Source: Saprolegnia diclina VS20
Lineage: Eukaryota
NCBI RefSeq assembly: GCF_000281045.1
Contig: NW_008246068.1
Coordinates: forward strand, 1,331,110-1,395,109
Length of the DNA stretch: 64,000 nucleotides
Direction of reading: 5' to 3'
Numbering within the stretch: position 1 is the first letter of the stretch; each line of letters begins with the position of its first letter. Shown here in pieces: positions 34,400 to 45,300 of the stretch. The notes beneath the pieces are model-generated. The model did not search any database and was not told the origin of the DNA. It saw only the letters and a program-made list of their open reading frames with translations. A program made the position numbers and the translations under genes.

Positions 34400-36561
34400 C
34401 TAGTAAACGACTGGCTCGCTCACTCGGACCAAAACGGCTTCATCCACGGGCGCTCGATCGTCTCCAACCTAGAGCGACATGCTCGCGTACTGCAAGGACC
34501 ACGCGCCAACGCCGATCATCGCCCTCTTGGACTTTGAAAAGGCGTTCGATCGCGTCTACCACACGTCCCTCACCAAACCGCTGCCTCGACTCGGCTTTCC
34601 GCCGGCCTTTGTCGACACCGTCCGCTGCCTGCACGCCAGACGCCAGTCGCGGCTCTTGGTCAACGGCCATCTCTCGCGTGCCTTCGACATTGGACACGGA
34701 ATCCTCGAGGGCGATCCGTTGTCACCGCTCCTTTTCGCTTTTGCCATGGAACCTCTTTGCAACCTGCTACGCAGCAGGCCGGACCTCGGCGTCCACGTCG
34801 GCGGCTGCTTTGCTGACGATACGCAACGATCGCGCGGGATGCAGTTGCCCTTCACGCCCAACTCGCCTTGGTGGAACAGTTTTGTGTCGTCTCCGGCTTT
34901 TGCTTGACTCCCACAAGACCGAGCTTCTGACGCACGCTCCGGTCTCGAACGCGCTCGCGCTGCTCGTGGTCAAGTACGAGACTCCAACGAGGGCACTCGG
35001 TATTCTGGTTGCGCCGGGGCTCGAACGCTCGCTTCGACTACGCCATCGCGAGTTTGCTGAACGGCTCCGGCTCTGGTCGTACAAGTCGAACACGCTCGTC
35101 GGCAAAGTCGTCATTCTACGCACGCTCTGTCTGCCGCTTCTCTGGTACCAACTCGCTTGGGTGACGCCGACAGCGAAGGCCGCGGCGATCATCGACCGCA
35201 TGATGCTCCAATTCCTGCGCAATGAACATCGCGTACGTCACTTCCGGGAGACCTCGCCTTCTCCCCTCGTCGACTCAACGGCATGGGGCTGGCGCATGCA
35301 TTGGCCTTGTGGACCGCGCGCCACCGCACAGGTATGTTGCGCACCGCTCAAGCGATTCAACTGCCACCTGAATCACGCCCGGCCTAGATCTCACCGGGAT
35401 GGACTCTTGTCTCGCTCCAGTACGCGCCGTGGGGCGACCTCCAAGACCTGCTACATGGCGACCCGGACCACCCCGTGGTGCACGCTGTCCTCCGGTCGGC
35501 TCGCCTTCCGCTCCGCTGGCGCTTTCTGCTCAAGCTGTGGATGGAGACGCGACACACGGTCTACCGCACGGGCGCGCGGAGCCAGACGACTGCGACGCCC
35601 CACGACCAACCATTGTGGCACAACGCGTTCCTCCCGTGTGCCGCCGCACTGCGCCCCTTGACATCGAGCCATGCGACGCAGCACGCCCGCAACTTGGCTC
35701 GCGCCCGCTGCTCTGACAGGGAGTCTACCGGACGCCCACCCACGGTGGTTTGGCTCCAGGCGATAACGCAAGCCACGGCCTGCCTCGACCAAGTGCCGGA
35801 ACGCGACATGGACGCCGCGCCCGGGTCGCCGGAATGGCGCATGCTCCTCTTTGGCCAAATTACGCCGCTCGCAACGGTAACGTCGCGGGACGCAGGACAC
35901 CGACGCCGCGGCCACCTGCCTCCTTCCCACGCGGTATCTTCGGCTCCCCGAAGATCACTACACGATGCCCGCTGCGCCACCGAGTACCGCCAGCCCGACG
36001 ACATCCTGCCGCGCTACGCGGACTTCATGTACCGCATCGTGCTGGGCGCTATCGAAGTCCGCACCCGGCTCTACTTCCTGGGAGAAGACGCTCAAGGATG
36101 ACCGGTCTGCGGTGCACTGAGACGTACGAGCACTTACTGCTCCGCTGCGAATTTGTCAATGCAGTCTGGGCCGTCTCTCGGCCTCTCGTCGAGGCGCTGG
36201 AACTAGACGGTGTACGCGCTCTTGTTTGAGCCGCTGGGGACGGCCCAACGCTACCGCCGACGCGCGGTGACATGATGTGGCCGATCCTACGCGCCTGTGT
36301 GCTGCACACTCTCTGGCTCGCCCGCAACGACCGCGTCTTCCGTCCCGAGGCGCCCGTCGTGACACCCAACGCGGCCGCCGCCCGCGCCGTGTTTTTGACC
36401 AAGATACATTTTCACCACTTGCTGCTGAATACCCAAGCGATGTGCCTCTTCCAAATGATGCACGCCACGATGCCTGGCTTCGTGACCACTTCGTCCCGGC
36501 TTGCGCCATCCATACGCCTCGCCTTCAACACGGCTAAGCGTCGCCTTCAACACGGCTAAGC
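34400..36561 (+). mobile_element. Decayed, 5'-truncated non-LTR retrotransposon (L1/Tx1-like ORF2: RT plus zf-RVT)
   Basis: DQNGFIHGRSI, LLDFEKAFDRV, GILEGDPLSPLLF, FADDT, RALGI, ETYEHLLLRCEFVNAVW and LHTLWLARNDRVF, spread over several frames (frameshifts and stops). Confidence 0.85.
36519..36561 (+). repeat. 21-bp tandem direct duplication at the LINE 3' end
   Basis: tcgccttcaacacggctaagc at 36519-36539 and 36541-36561. Confidence 0.9.
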
Positions 36562-36683
36562 CTCGCTGCTGCTGCCGTCTAGCACAACATTCTATGAATC
36601 GACAGTCCAAAACAGTTTAGTGTAAATTTTATAACTAAATTGACTCGCTTTAACAACAACAACATGCAGCTAATAGACAAAGA

Positions 36684-37221
36684 GTATCGCCGCGTCAGCG
36701 AAGCGCAGCGCGCCCGGACCGCACGCCTTCGACGACGTGCCGACGGGCCCGGCACCGAAGAAGGCGCGCACCGGCGCGGACAGCGCGCTTGAGGACTTGC
36801 TAACGAGCAACGCCCTCATCCTGAAGGCGCTCGCAGGCTTGAAGGCCAGCCACGACCAGCTCGCAGCGCGCGTCGTCGCGAGTGACAACGCGAGTAGTCA
36901 AATGCTCGCCCAGCTGTTGCTCCATCCTTACGACTTGTTCAAGTCCAAACGACTATAAACCGAGATGGAATACCTTCGACCTGGAGCAACAGCTGGGCGA
37001 GCATCTGGCAGGTCGCGTTGTCGCTCGCGACGACGCGCGCGGTGAGCTGGTCGCGGCTCGCCTACAAGACTGCGAGCGTCTTCAGAATCTGGGCGTTGCT
37101 TGTCAGCAGGTCTTCAAGCACGCTGTCCGTGTCGGTGTGCGCCTTCTTCGGTGCCGGGCCCGTCGCCACGTCGTCCAAGGCGTGCGGCCCGGCGCGCTGC
37201 GCTTAGTTGACGCGGCGATAC
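36684..37221. repeat. Long diverged inverted repeat (~240-bp arms, ~57-bp spacer)
   Basis: 36684-36924 is the approximate reverse complement of 36982-37221, e.g. atgctcgcccagctgttgctcca / tggagcaacagctgggcgagcat and cgacgggcccggcaccgaagaaggcgc / gcgccttcttcggtgccgggcccgtcg. Confidence 0.92.
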
Positions 37222-37599
37222 GAGCTCGAATGTTGTCGAGCCTACGCAGGCATGAGCCCTCTGCATCCATATAGTCGGTGTCGGACCTGTTGGAGAAGGC
37301 GGCGCACGCGGCCTTCATGTTGCGCGTGGCACCGCGGGCGTCGCACGGGACGAGCCGACGCCGGCTTTGGGCTGGAAATGGCCGGCATTTGCAAATGGCA
37401 GAATGAAAAGTGAACGGCGACTGACGACGAGCATACATTTTCAGAGGTCAGATCTATTCTCTTTCACAAGTTTGATGTTCACTTGGTAGAGGGATACCTC
37501 TTGAGATATGAACGTCCCATTTCCGTCACTGCGCGTCGATGCCCATCACCGTGGAGCGCCTCAACCGACACGACCGGCGCGACGCCCTCGCATGTCGAC

Positions 37600-37720
37600 A
37601 CCATCAAGTGCAACCGATGCGGCGAGATGGAGCACATGGCGGCAGCATGCCAGCTCAAGCCAGCTACAACAAGGGCCACGTGTGTGCAGGTTGTGGGCGA
37701 ATGGCCAAGATGACGGCGGC
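37600..37720 (+). mobile_element. Gag-like CCHC zinc-knuckle remnant
   Basis: KCNRCGEMEHMAAAC (C-x2-C-x4-H-x4-C). A second, degenerate CAGCG follows in another frame. Confidence 0.55.
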
Positions 37721-37872
37721 CAGTTCCGACACGGTGGTCATGGCGGCGACGACCGCCCAGTTGCACGACCACAGTGTGTAGGTTTCACTATCGCATGCGT
37801 CACATCTCACGGCGCATCATTGTGTAGGCGCAAGAAGGCCATCGTCTTCTTCGCTGTCGTCATGCGCATGGA

Positions 37873-37950
37873 GACTTCACCCGACGTCCGGTTCACGGCC
37901 TTGAGCACCGAGCCGTACGTCCCGTCGCCGAGCTGCTTCGTGATCTTGTA
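37873..37950 (-). pseudogene. Orphan N-lobe fragment of a MAK/ICK-family protein kinase
   Basis: YKITKQLGDGTYGSVLKAVNRTSGEV, then similarity ends before the VAxK lysine. No further kinase subdomains nearby. Confidence 0.7.
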
Positions 37951-38779
37951 CTGGTACCTTCTAGTGTTATTTGTAGTAAAAAGCAATCGCACGAGTCGTG
38001 CTAGTCGATCGCGTACACCTGTAGGCTACAACTGCACCTCGACAACCTTGCCATGGGGATGCATGCGTAGCTCGTCCCTAGAAACAGTTCTAGTATGCAT
38101 GGATCGGACGCCGCGCTCTGGCGATTTGTGATGTGCGAACCGGTTAGTCGAGACGACGACGAAGCCAGCGTCGGCTTCTTCAGCGCTACAAGCTCTGGGT
38201 CAACACTGCGGCTGTAAACTTCGTCCGTTCAATCGTGGCGAAAGCACGACGCTGTGTTATCCGGACAACTTGAAGATACTGCGACGGCCCCAATGCATCG
38301 GCGACGGCGCGTGTCGCGGGCTCGGCCTGCGAAGGCATCGATAGCACGCTCTGCTACGGCGACCTCTGTACGACTCTTGCCACTGCGCTTTGAGCTTGAC
38401 ACTGTCCTGCTGGGCGTCGTCGTCTCAACAACGTCCCCGCACCGATCAAGACGCAGCGCGCCAAGCCAAGCGACGGGTCGTGCTTGAACGCGACGCAGAG
38501 GCTCTGGATGTCGTCGAGCAGCTCTGCATTCGTCGTTCGCGGACGTTCTCATGTTGGGGCTTGCGACCTTCTTGACGTCCTTGCTACGTACCTCTTTTTG
38601 TCATCCAGACCATTTTTCGGCAGACGTGATATTTTTTTTAAAATCATATTTTTAATCATTGTTTGTATGAAAGTACCTCTATACTGTGATTAAAAAACGA
38701 ATATTTTATTGCGCTGTCCAGTCACCAGCACGGGAACGTTCCGGCATTGCCATTGATTGCTTCCAGCAGCAGCAGCAAC

Positions 38780-40954
38780 ATGGCGCCCAAGAAGTCGAAG
38801 GGCGACGAGAAGGACGAGAAGCACAAGCACCCGCTCCAGGCGGTCATCTTCGCCGACTCGTGGACCAAGACCTTCCGGCCCATCTCGCTCGAGACGCCCA
38901 AGGTGCTCCTGCCGCTGGCCAACGTGCCCATGCTCGAGTACACGCTCGAGTTCCTCGCCTCGAACGGCGTCGAAGAGGTCCTCATCTTCTGCACGGCCCA
39001 CGCCGCTGCCATCGAGGCCTTCCTGTCGACCTCGGTGATTGCGCAGACGGTCAAGACGCAGTGCATCCTCGCGCCGACGTGCTTGACGGCCGGCGACGCG
39101 ATCCGCGAGCTCGACCGGATGCAGGCCGTGCGCTCGGACCCGTTCATCTTGATCTCGGGCGACGTGGTCTCCAACATGAACCTCAAGAGCGCGATCGAGT
39201 CGCACGAAGCGCGCAAGAAGAAGGACTCGACGTCCATCATGACGGTCGTCCTGAAGGAAGTCCAGGTGCACCACGACATTCGCCCGCTCACGGACGACCT
39301 CCTCATCGCGATGGACACGGCGACCAACCAGATCGTCTTGTACGAGTCGTCTTCGCATGCGCCGTCCGCGCTCCTCCCGACCGTCATGTTCCAGGACCAC
39401 AAGCAGATTGGCTTCCGCTACGACCTCATGGACGCCCACGTCGACATTTGCTCGCCCGAGGTGCTCTTGCAGTTTAGCGACAACTTTGACTACCAGGACA
39501 TGCGCAAGGACTTCATCCGCAACGAAGTGCTCAACTACGAGATGGGCAACCGCATCCACGCGCACATCATCTCCAAGGAGTTTGCCGCGCGCGTCCATGA
39601 TCCCCGGACGTACGCTGCCATCTCGCACGCCATCCTCCAGCGCTGGGCCTACCCCATGGTGCCCGACAACAACTTTCTCGGGTCGGCGTCGACGTACCGC
39701 CACCAGCGCGGCGACATTTACAAGGAAGACGACGTCCAGCTCGCGCGGACGTGCGCGATTCGGTCGACGTCGATCGTCGGCGGCCGCACGACGGTCGGCG
39801 CCAACACGGACATTGTGCAGAGTGCCATCGGCCGCGACTGCAAGATTGGCCAGAACGTTCGCATCTCTGGCAGCTTTCTCTGGGACAACGTGACGATCGA
39901 AGACGACGTGGTGCTGGAGGGCGCCATCGTCTGCAACGGCGCGGTCATCCGCAAGGGCGCCCGCGTCCACGAAGGCTCGTTGATCTCGTTCAACGTGGTC
40001 GTGGGCGCCAACTTTACGGTGCCGTCGTTCACCAAGCTCACGACGGTACCGGCAACGGACGACGACGATGGCTTCTCGAGTGACAATGATGACAGTGACA
40101 ATGACGTGACGCCCGCCGAGACGGTCGGTGACGACGCGTGGAACCCCAAGCACGTGGGTGTCAACGGTGTTGGCCGCATCTGGACGCTCGATGACGACGA
40201 GATCTACCTCGACGACTCGGACGACGACGACGAGGAACATGACGATGACACGGCGAACGACGCCGCGCGCCTCCACCGTCTCAAGCAGACGCTGATTGGT
40301 GCCAAGGAGGTCGTGACGGCGCGCACGTCACGTCTTGCGTCCTGGGACGCGCTCAGCGAGTCGGACGACGAAGAACCATTGAATGCGTTTGAAGAGGAAG
40401 ACCCGATGGCCCGCTTCGTGCGCGTCGTCATCGACATGGTGCTCTCGGGCGACGCCAACGGCGACGACGTCGAGAACCTCTTTCTCGAGATCAAGAGTTT
40501 CAAGTTTGCGCAGAACCGCAGCTTTGCCGACTGCTTGGAGGCGATTCTGCCGGCGCTCTGCAGCGCGATTCCGCGCGCCAACAAGGCGCCGATGGCCATC
40601 ATGGGCCTCCTCAAGGTGAAGCTCGAAAAGTGGAGCGGAGTCGTTTCCAAGTGCATCATGAACGACGTCGAACGCACCAAGATTGTCGACACGTTTGCAG
40701 CCTACTGCGTCCACGCGAACAACAGCGGCAGCTTTAGCAGCCTCTTCCGCTTCATGCTTCAGGTCGCGTACGACCTCGACTGGATCAATGAGGAAACTGT
40801 GTTTGCGTGGGAAGACAAGGTGCTCGCCGAAGCCCCGAGTCATCCCGAGCAAGCGCTGCTCAAGGCCGCCGCGATGCAAGAGTTCCTCGAGTGGTTACGA
40901 GAAGACGAAGACGACAGCGACGACGACGACGACGACGACAGCGACGACGAGTAA
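38780..40954 (+). CDS. EIF2B5: Translation initiation factor eIF2B epsilon subunit
   Basis: LQAVIFADS..FRPIS..PKVLLPLAN; left-handed beta-helix hexapeptide repeats; ENLFLEIKSFKFAQN; W2 domain YDLDWINEETVFAW..FLEWLRE; acidic tail. Intronless. Confidence 0.96.
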   Translation: MAPKKSKGDEKDEKHKHPLQAVIFADSWTKTFRPISLETPKVLLPLANVPMLEYTLEFLASNGVEEVLIFCTAHAAAIEAFLSTSVIAQTVKTQCILAPTCLTAGDAIRELDRMQAVRSDPFILISGDVVSNMNLKSAIESHEARKKKDSTSIMTVVLKEVQVHHDIRPLTDDLLIAMDTATNQIVLYESSSHAPSALLPTVMFQDHKQIGFRYDLMDAHVDICSPEVLLQFSDNFDYQDMRKDFIRNEVLNYEMGNRIHAHIISKEFAARVHDPRTYAAISHAILQRWAYPMVPDNNFLGSASTYRHQRGDIYKEDDVQLARTCAIRSTSIVGGRTTVGANTDIVQSAIGRDCKIGQNVRISGSFLWDNVTIEDDVVLEGAIVCNGAVIRKGARVHEGSLISFNVVVGANFTVPSFTKLTTVPATDDDDGFSSDNDDSDNDVTPAETVGDDAWNPKHVGVNGVGRIWTLDDDEIYLDDSDDDDEEHDDDTANDAARLHRLKQTLIGAKEVVTARTSRLASWDALSESDDEEPLNAFEEEDPMARFVRVVIDMVLSGDANGDDVENLFLEIKSFKFAQNRSFADCLEAILPALCSAIPRANKAPMAIMGLLKVKLEKWSGVVSKCIMNDVERTKIVDTFAAYCVHANNSGSFSSLFRFMLQVAYDLDWINEETVFAWEDKVLAEAPSHPEQALLKAAAMQEFLEWLREDEDDSDDDDDDDSDDE

Positions 40955-41395
40955 ACGGTGTATAATGCTCGGACCCTTCGCATCGGTTTGTGTCTCATTG
41001 TGTTCTGGACTCGTTGTCATCTGCGCACGGTATATGCACCAGAATCAGCGACGTAGCTGCCCTTACGCTGCGCCGAGTCGGTAGAGCTATCCAACACTTG
41101 GCTGCGTAGACAGGTCGGGCTAACCAGCTCAGATCTCAACCATGAGACACATATGTACCATTTCGGGCTGGGCTCAAGCACAAGCACATCCGCATCTGCA
41201 CCTCAAGGGACTTATGACGTTGATTAGCGATCATTAGCCTATGAGGCTGTGAGCTCATGCAGGACGTTCGTCATGGGACTGCGAAAGTACGAGCTCGGGA
41301 AGCTCAAGCGCGACTCCCGCCAAAATCACACGAAGCGCGGATTGGCTGAAATTCGCCGGATAAATGGCAGCCACCTTTCTGCGGCGATCATCAGC

Positions 41396-42500
41396 ATGGC
41401 CGGCGAGATTGCCTTTGCGGCCGACTTTAGCGACGACAGCTACAAGCTGCTGGAGCTGCCGGCCGACGTCTGCGACGCGCTCGTGGCCGGCGACGAGGTC
41501 TACGTCGTCGGCGACCCGTCGCAGCGCGCAGTGCTCTGCACGGCCACGAAGAGCTACCACCTCGTGCGTGAGGACCAGTCCAACGTACGCCTCCTCGCCG
41601 ACTCGGTCAACTGGGAGGCCGACAAGCTCGACGCGTCCGGCGTCGTCTCGATACGCGGGCAGTCCATGATGCACTACGAGCTCCTTGAGAAGCCGCTCGA
41701 CTTGAACCAGCTCAAGCTGCTCCTGCTCGAGAACCCGATATGCGCACCGTCCACCGAAGCCAAGCGCATGAAGCGCAGCCTGTATACGCTGCATGATCTC
41801 GCAGACCGCCTTCAGCACAGCCCGCACGAGGTAGAGCTCATGCTGACGCAGCTCCGCGCCGTCGAGATCGACGGCTACTGGCGCCTCCTCGAGGCGTCGT
41901 ACAGCCGGCACGTCGTGGGCCTCGTGCTCGAGATCTTTCTCGAGCGCGACTGGGACTTCAACTCGGAGCATGCGCTGAGCCACATCGAAGTGCACTTGAC
42001 CGAGACGGTGCACCCGTCCGTGCTCGCCCATTGCCTGCGCCTGTACAGCGTCGACGGCTCGGCGTATCGTCTCGACAGCGCCAAGATTGCCATTTTCCAA
42101 GCCATTGCGATCTTTGAGGAGGCGCGCTCGAAGGAGTGGACGCTGACCGAGTTCATGGAGCAGTGGGGCTTCCGCGTGCCCATGGGCGTCGCCATTGACG
42201 ACGCGCTCCTCGTCGGGCTCGCGATCCGCCGCGGCGAGAAGCTCGCGTACTTTCCAGCCGACCAGCTCTCGGTCGAGCCCAAGCAGCGCTTCCGAGAGAT
42301 GTTTGCGTTCCAGCCCAAGTGGCTTCTCTCGCAAATGGAGCCGTACCTCGCGTACGTAGTCGAGCGTCGACTGTAGGAGCTCTCATCGGGTTTGTAGGAG
42401 CCTCGTGACCAAGAACATGACGCAGGCGTCGCTGCTGCTCAAGTACACGCGTGCGTCCCGCGTGCCCAACTCGACCGAACGTCTCTACTCCAAGCGGTAA
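41396..42500 (+). CDS. DSCC1: Sister chromatid cohesion protein DCC1
   Basis: YKLLELP, AVLCTATKSY..QSN, IDGYWRLL, EFMEQW, RFREMF....KW...MEPYL. Intron 42352-42397; last exon LLLKYTR..YSKR*. Confidence 0.9.
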
Positions 42501-42774
42501 TCGTAGCGTCGAACTACATGTAGTACTAGAACACAGCGATCCGGAGACTCCTTTTTCTCTGCTTGGCTCGCTCGCCGTCTCGTCGACCTGGCGGCAGAGA
42601 CTACCGTAATGTTGCGGGCGAAGGCGTCTTTTGTGGCTTGGCGTCGCACTGCCACCATCGTCGTCACGCGCAGGACCAGTGCATTTCCCAAGGCGTACGC
42701 GTTCCCCGAGAGCAAGCACCTCTTGGAAGCACATGTCGCACGTCGATTTGAAAAGTATCAATGTATCGAGGTGC

Positions 42775-44677
42775 TTAAATAGTACTCGGAGGGACACGCC
42801 AAAAGTTGACGTCGTTGTACGCTTCGTCGCCGGTCGTGCGCGTGTGCCGGCGGCTCGCAAGCAACCCGGCGTTAGGGCTCAAGCTCGGCGTCAGCTGGAT
42901 CGGCGTCTGGTGCTTGCACACGGCCACCGAATAAATGGGCGGGAACATGGCTCCAAAGACGCGGGGCTCGACCAAGCGCTCGTACGACGACATGACGCGC
43001 GCCGACGCGACGCAGCCGTCCTCGACGGCGAACGCGCGGCCGCTGGGAACGCCGGCTTGGATCAAGAGCTGCAGCGACGCTCGATTGGCAAATGCCGCGT
43101 AGAACGGACTCATGTCGGACGGGAAGAGCGACCGAAGCGACTGCAAGAGCGACGCGAGCGGTGCCGCGCAGACCGGGCCCCGGGGCAGCGCGGCCGGCGG
43201 CATTCGTCCGCGTATGGCGGTCGTGTACACGACATGGTACCCGTTGGCCGCGACGCTTTCGAGAAAGTACGCGACCCCGGGGTACAAGCTGCTCTTGGTC
43301 GTTGCGGTCAGCGCTGTGTCAATGTCGACAAAGATGAGCTTGCTCGACGCGTGCCAAAAGTAGACGACCGCGGACGCGCGCTTGGGTGCCCCGGGCACGG
43401 CAAACTCGATCGCGTTGTCGCCATAGACAAAGCCCATGGCGGCGAGCTCGGTCGCATTCGCGTGGCTGCGGCTCGGGCTTGTCGACGACGTCACTGACGA
43501 CGACGTGTTGCTGGCCGTCGACGCGTCCGACGGTGCAAACCACTGGAACCAGCGCAGCGGGTCGCTCTCGGAGCGAACGAGCCGAGACCCTTCCTCCAAA
43601 GTGCCGACTGTGATCGACGGCGTCGGCGAGAGCGCCGCCACACTTGCCGGTGTCGTCCGCTTGGGGAAGCAGACCTTGGAAACGAAATACGCCTGCATAA
43701 AGACGTCGTAGGGGTGGACGAGGCCGTGCACCGACACCATCAAGTGCGGGTGCTGGAGGATGCCAAGCGGATTCGCCCGAAAATCAGCAGCCGACACTGC
43801 GTGCGCGGCGACAAGGGCGGCAACCTTGTCGGCACCGAGCGACGGCTGCAGCAAGTGGCCACAGAGCGACAGCTGCGGTGCGTCGTCCCCTACGACCGAG
43901 CATGAGACACAGGATATGCGTTTCCATTGGCCGACCGAGAGGGCTACCACTTGCGTCATTGGGCTCGGCCATGTAATCGTCCAGGTCTGCATCGAGAAGC
44001 GAGTGGCGCTCCATCGCGTCAAAGTACACGCTCGGGTTGCGCTGATTCGGGCCAAACGATGAGCCTTTCTCGACCGAGTTGGGTGCGCTGCGCTTGTCGT
44101 CGAGTGCGTCAAAGTAGAGCCGATGGTCGGGCGAGTCGAGCATCGTCGTTGGCATCGGGCCATCGCCATCCATCGGTCCTTGCTACAAAGCTGATGCATC
44201 AACAAGGTAGGCTGTCGATGCGTACGAGCGGGCTAAACGGAGGTAGCGACGTGATGAAGGACGGGCTTGTCTCGTCGATCGAGAGGTTCTCGAGCTCGAG
44301 CTCCAGGGTCAAGCTGTCTCGGCTTGGGCTTGGCTCATCATCCACAAAGTAGACCTCGCCGCGGCCGTCAAGCTAGCGCAGCTGAGCCACAACTCGATGC
44401 AGGCGAGACGCACCTCGAGCAAGACGTTGTCGATGGCGACGCCATTCACGAGCAGCGTCACGCGGCGGTCGTCCGTGCTTGGCTACGCAGCGGGATCAGG
44501 CCACGACCAGGCGACACACGTGCGTACGACGTCGAGCCGCCCAAAGCGCGCATGGAACGGCGTCGTGCGCACCGACGCCTCGTGCTGGATCGCGACGACG
44601 TCGACGGCGCCGGTCTGCTGGCCGCCCATGTCAAAGACGTTGGCCATGTAGCCCTTCACGGAGCTCAGCACGTTCAT
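42775..44677 (-). CDS. Lipin/Pah1-family protein with degenerate HAD catalytic motifs
   Basis: N-LIP TGAVDVVAI..TPFHARFG..VTLLVNG..LDGRGEVYF; M-LIP LSLCG; LNS2 region LIFVDIDTA, GVAYFL..NGYHVVY, LPRGPV, PFYAAFANR, MFPP, YNDVNFWR. Four introns. Confidence 0.85.
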
Positions 44678-45300
44678 CGTCGCTTGAACCCCAAGACCGC
44701 CTTTTTCGGTTCAAACCTGGGGCTGGATCTTTTGTCTTCGAAGTTTTGGAGGTACCCAATCACACGCCGCATGCGTCGTAGTTCGAAGGCTCGCAAACGG
44801 CGCTGCGGTTTCGGTATCTTGTCCGGATATTTGACCAGCCTCTAAACGTTATAACTGATTTATGTGACATGTAAAATATGTTATAACTTGACTCTTTGCC
44901 GCAGCGTCGCGTTACATGGGTGATCAGCTTGCCGTGAAAATTTGTGTCCCGCCCTCTGCGCGACGGACCTATACAAGCACGAGCGGGACCGAGCGCGTTA
45001 AAGCATCGAGATACCCGATCCAAGTAGGTTAAAGTCCGCTGACGCCCGAGTAAAACGCAAAGTGGCCTATCATCCAAGGCGCGCGTCTCGTCGCTCGCTG
45101 GTGGCGGAAAGGCGACGCGGTCTGGCGCCAGCCCAGCTGCTTTTGTAACACACTGCCTTGGGTGAGGTTTCTTTCGGCTCCAAAGCCGAAAATAACAAGT
45201 AGAATCCTACTTTGGCACGAAATTCGGACTTTGCAGCCTCGTGCGTCGAACAAATTGCCAATCGAACGCTGGAATCAAGCTGGCATTTTCGCATCGTCCG

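Noticed and set aside
38690..40276. 528-aa minus-strand ORF, and similar ones at 28266-29510, 41255-42334 and 62104-63240
   Set aside because: Antisense shadows of strongly codon-biased real genes.
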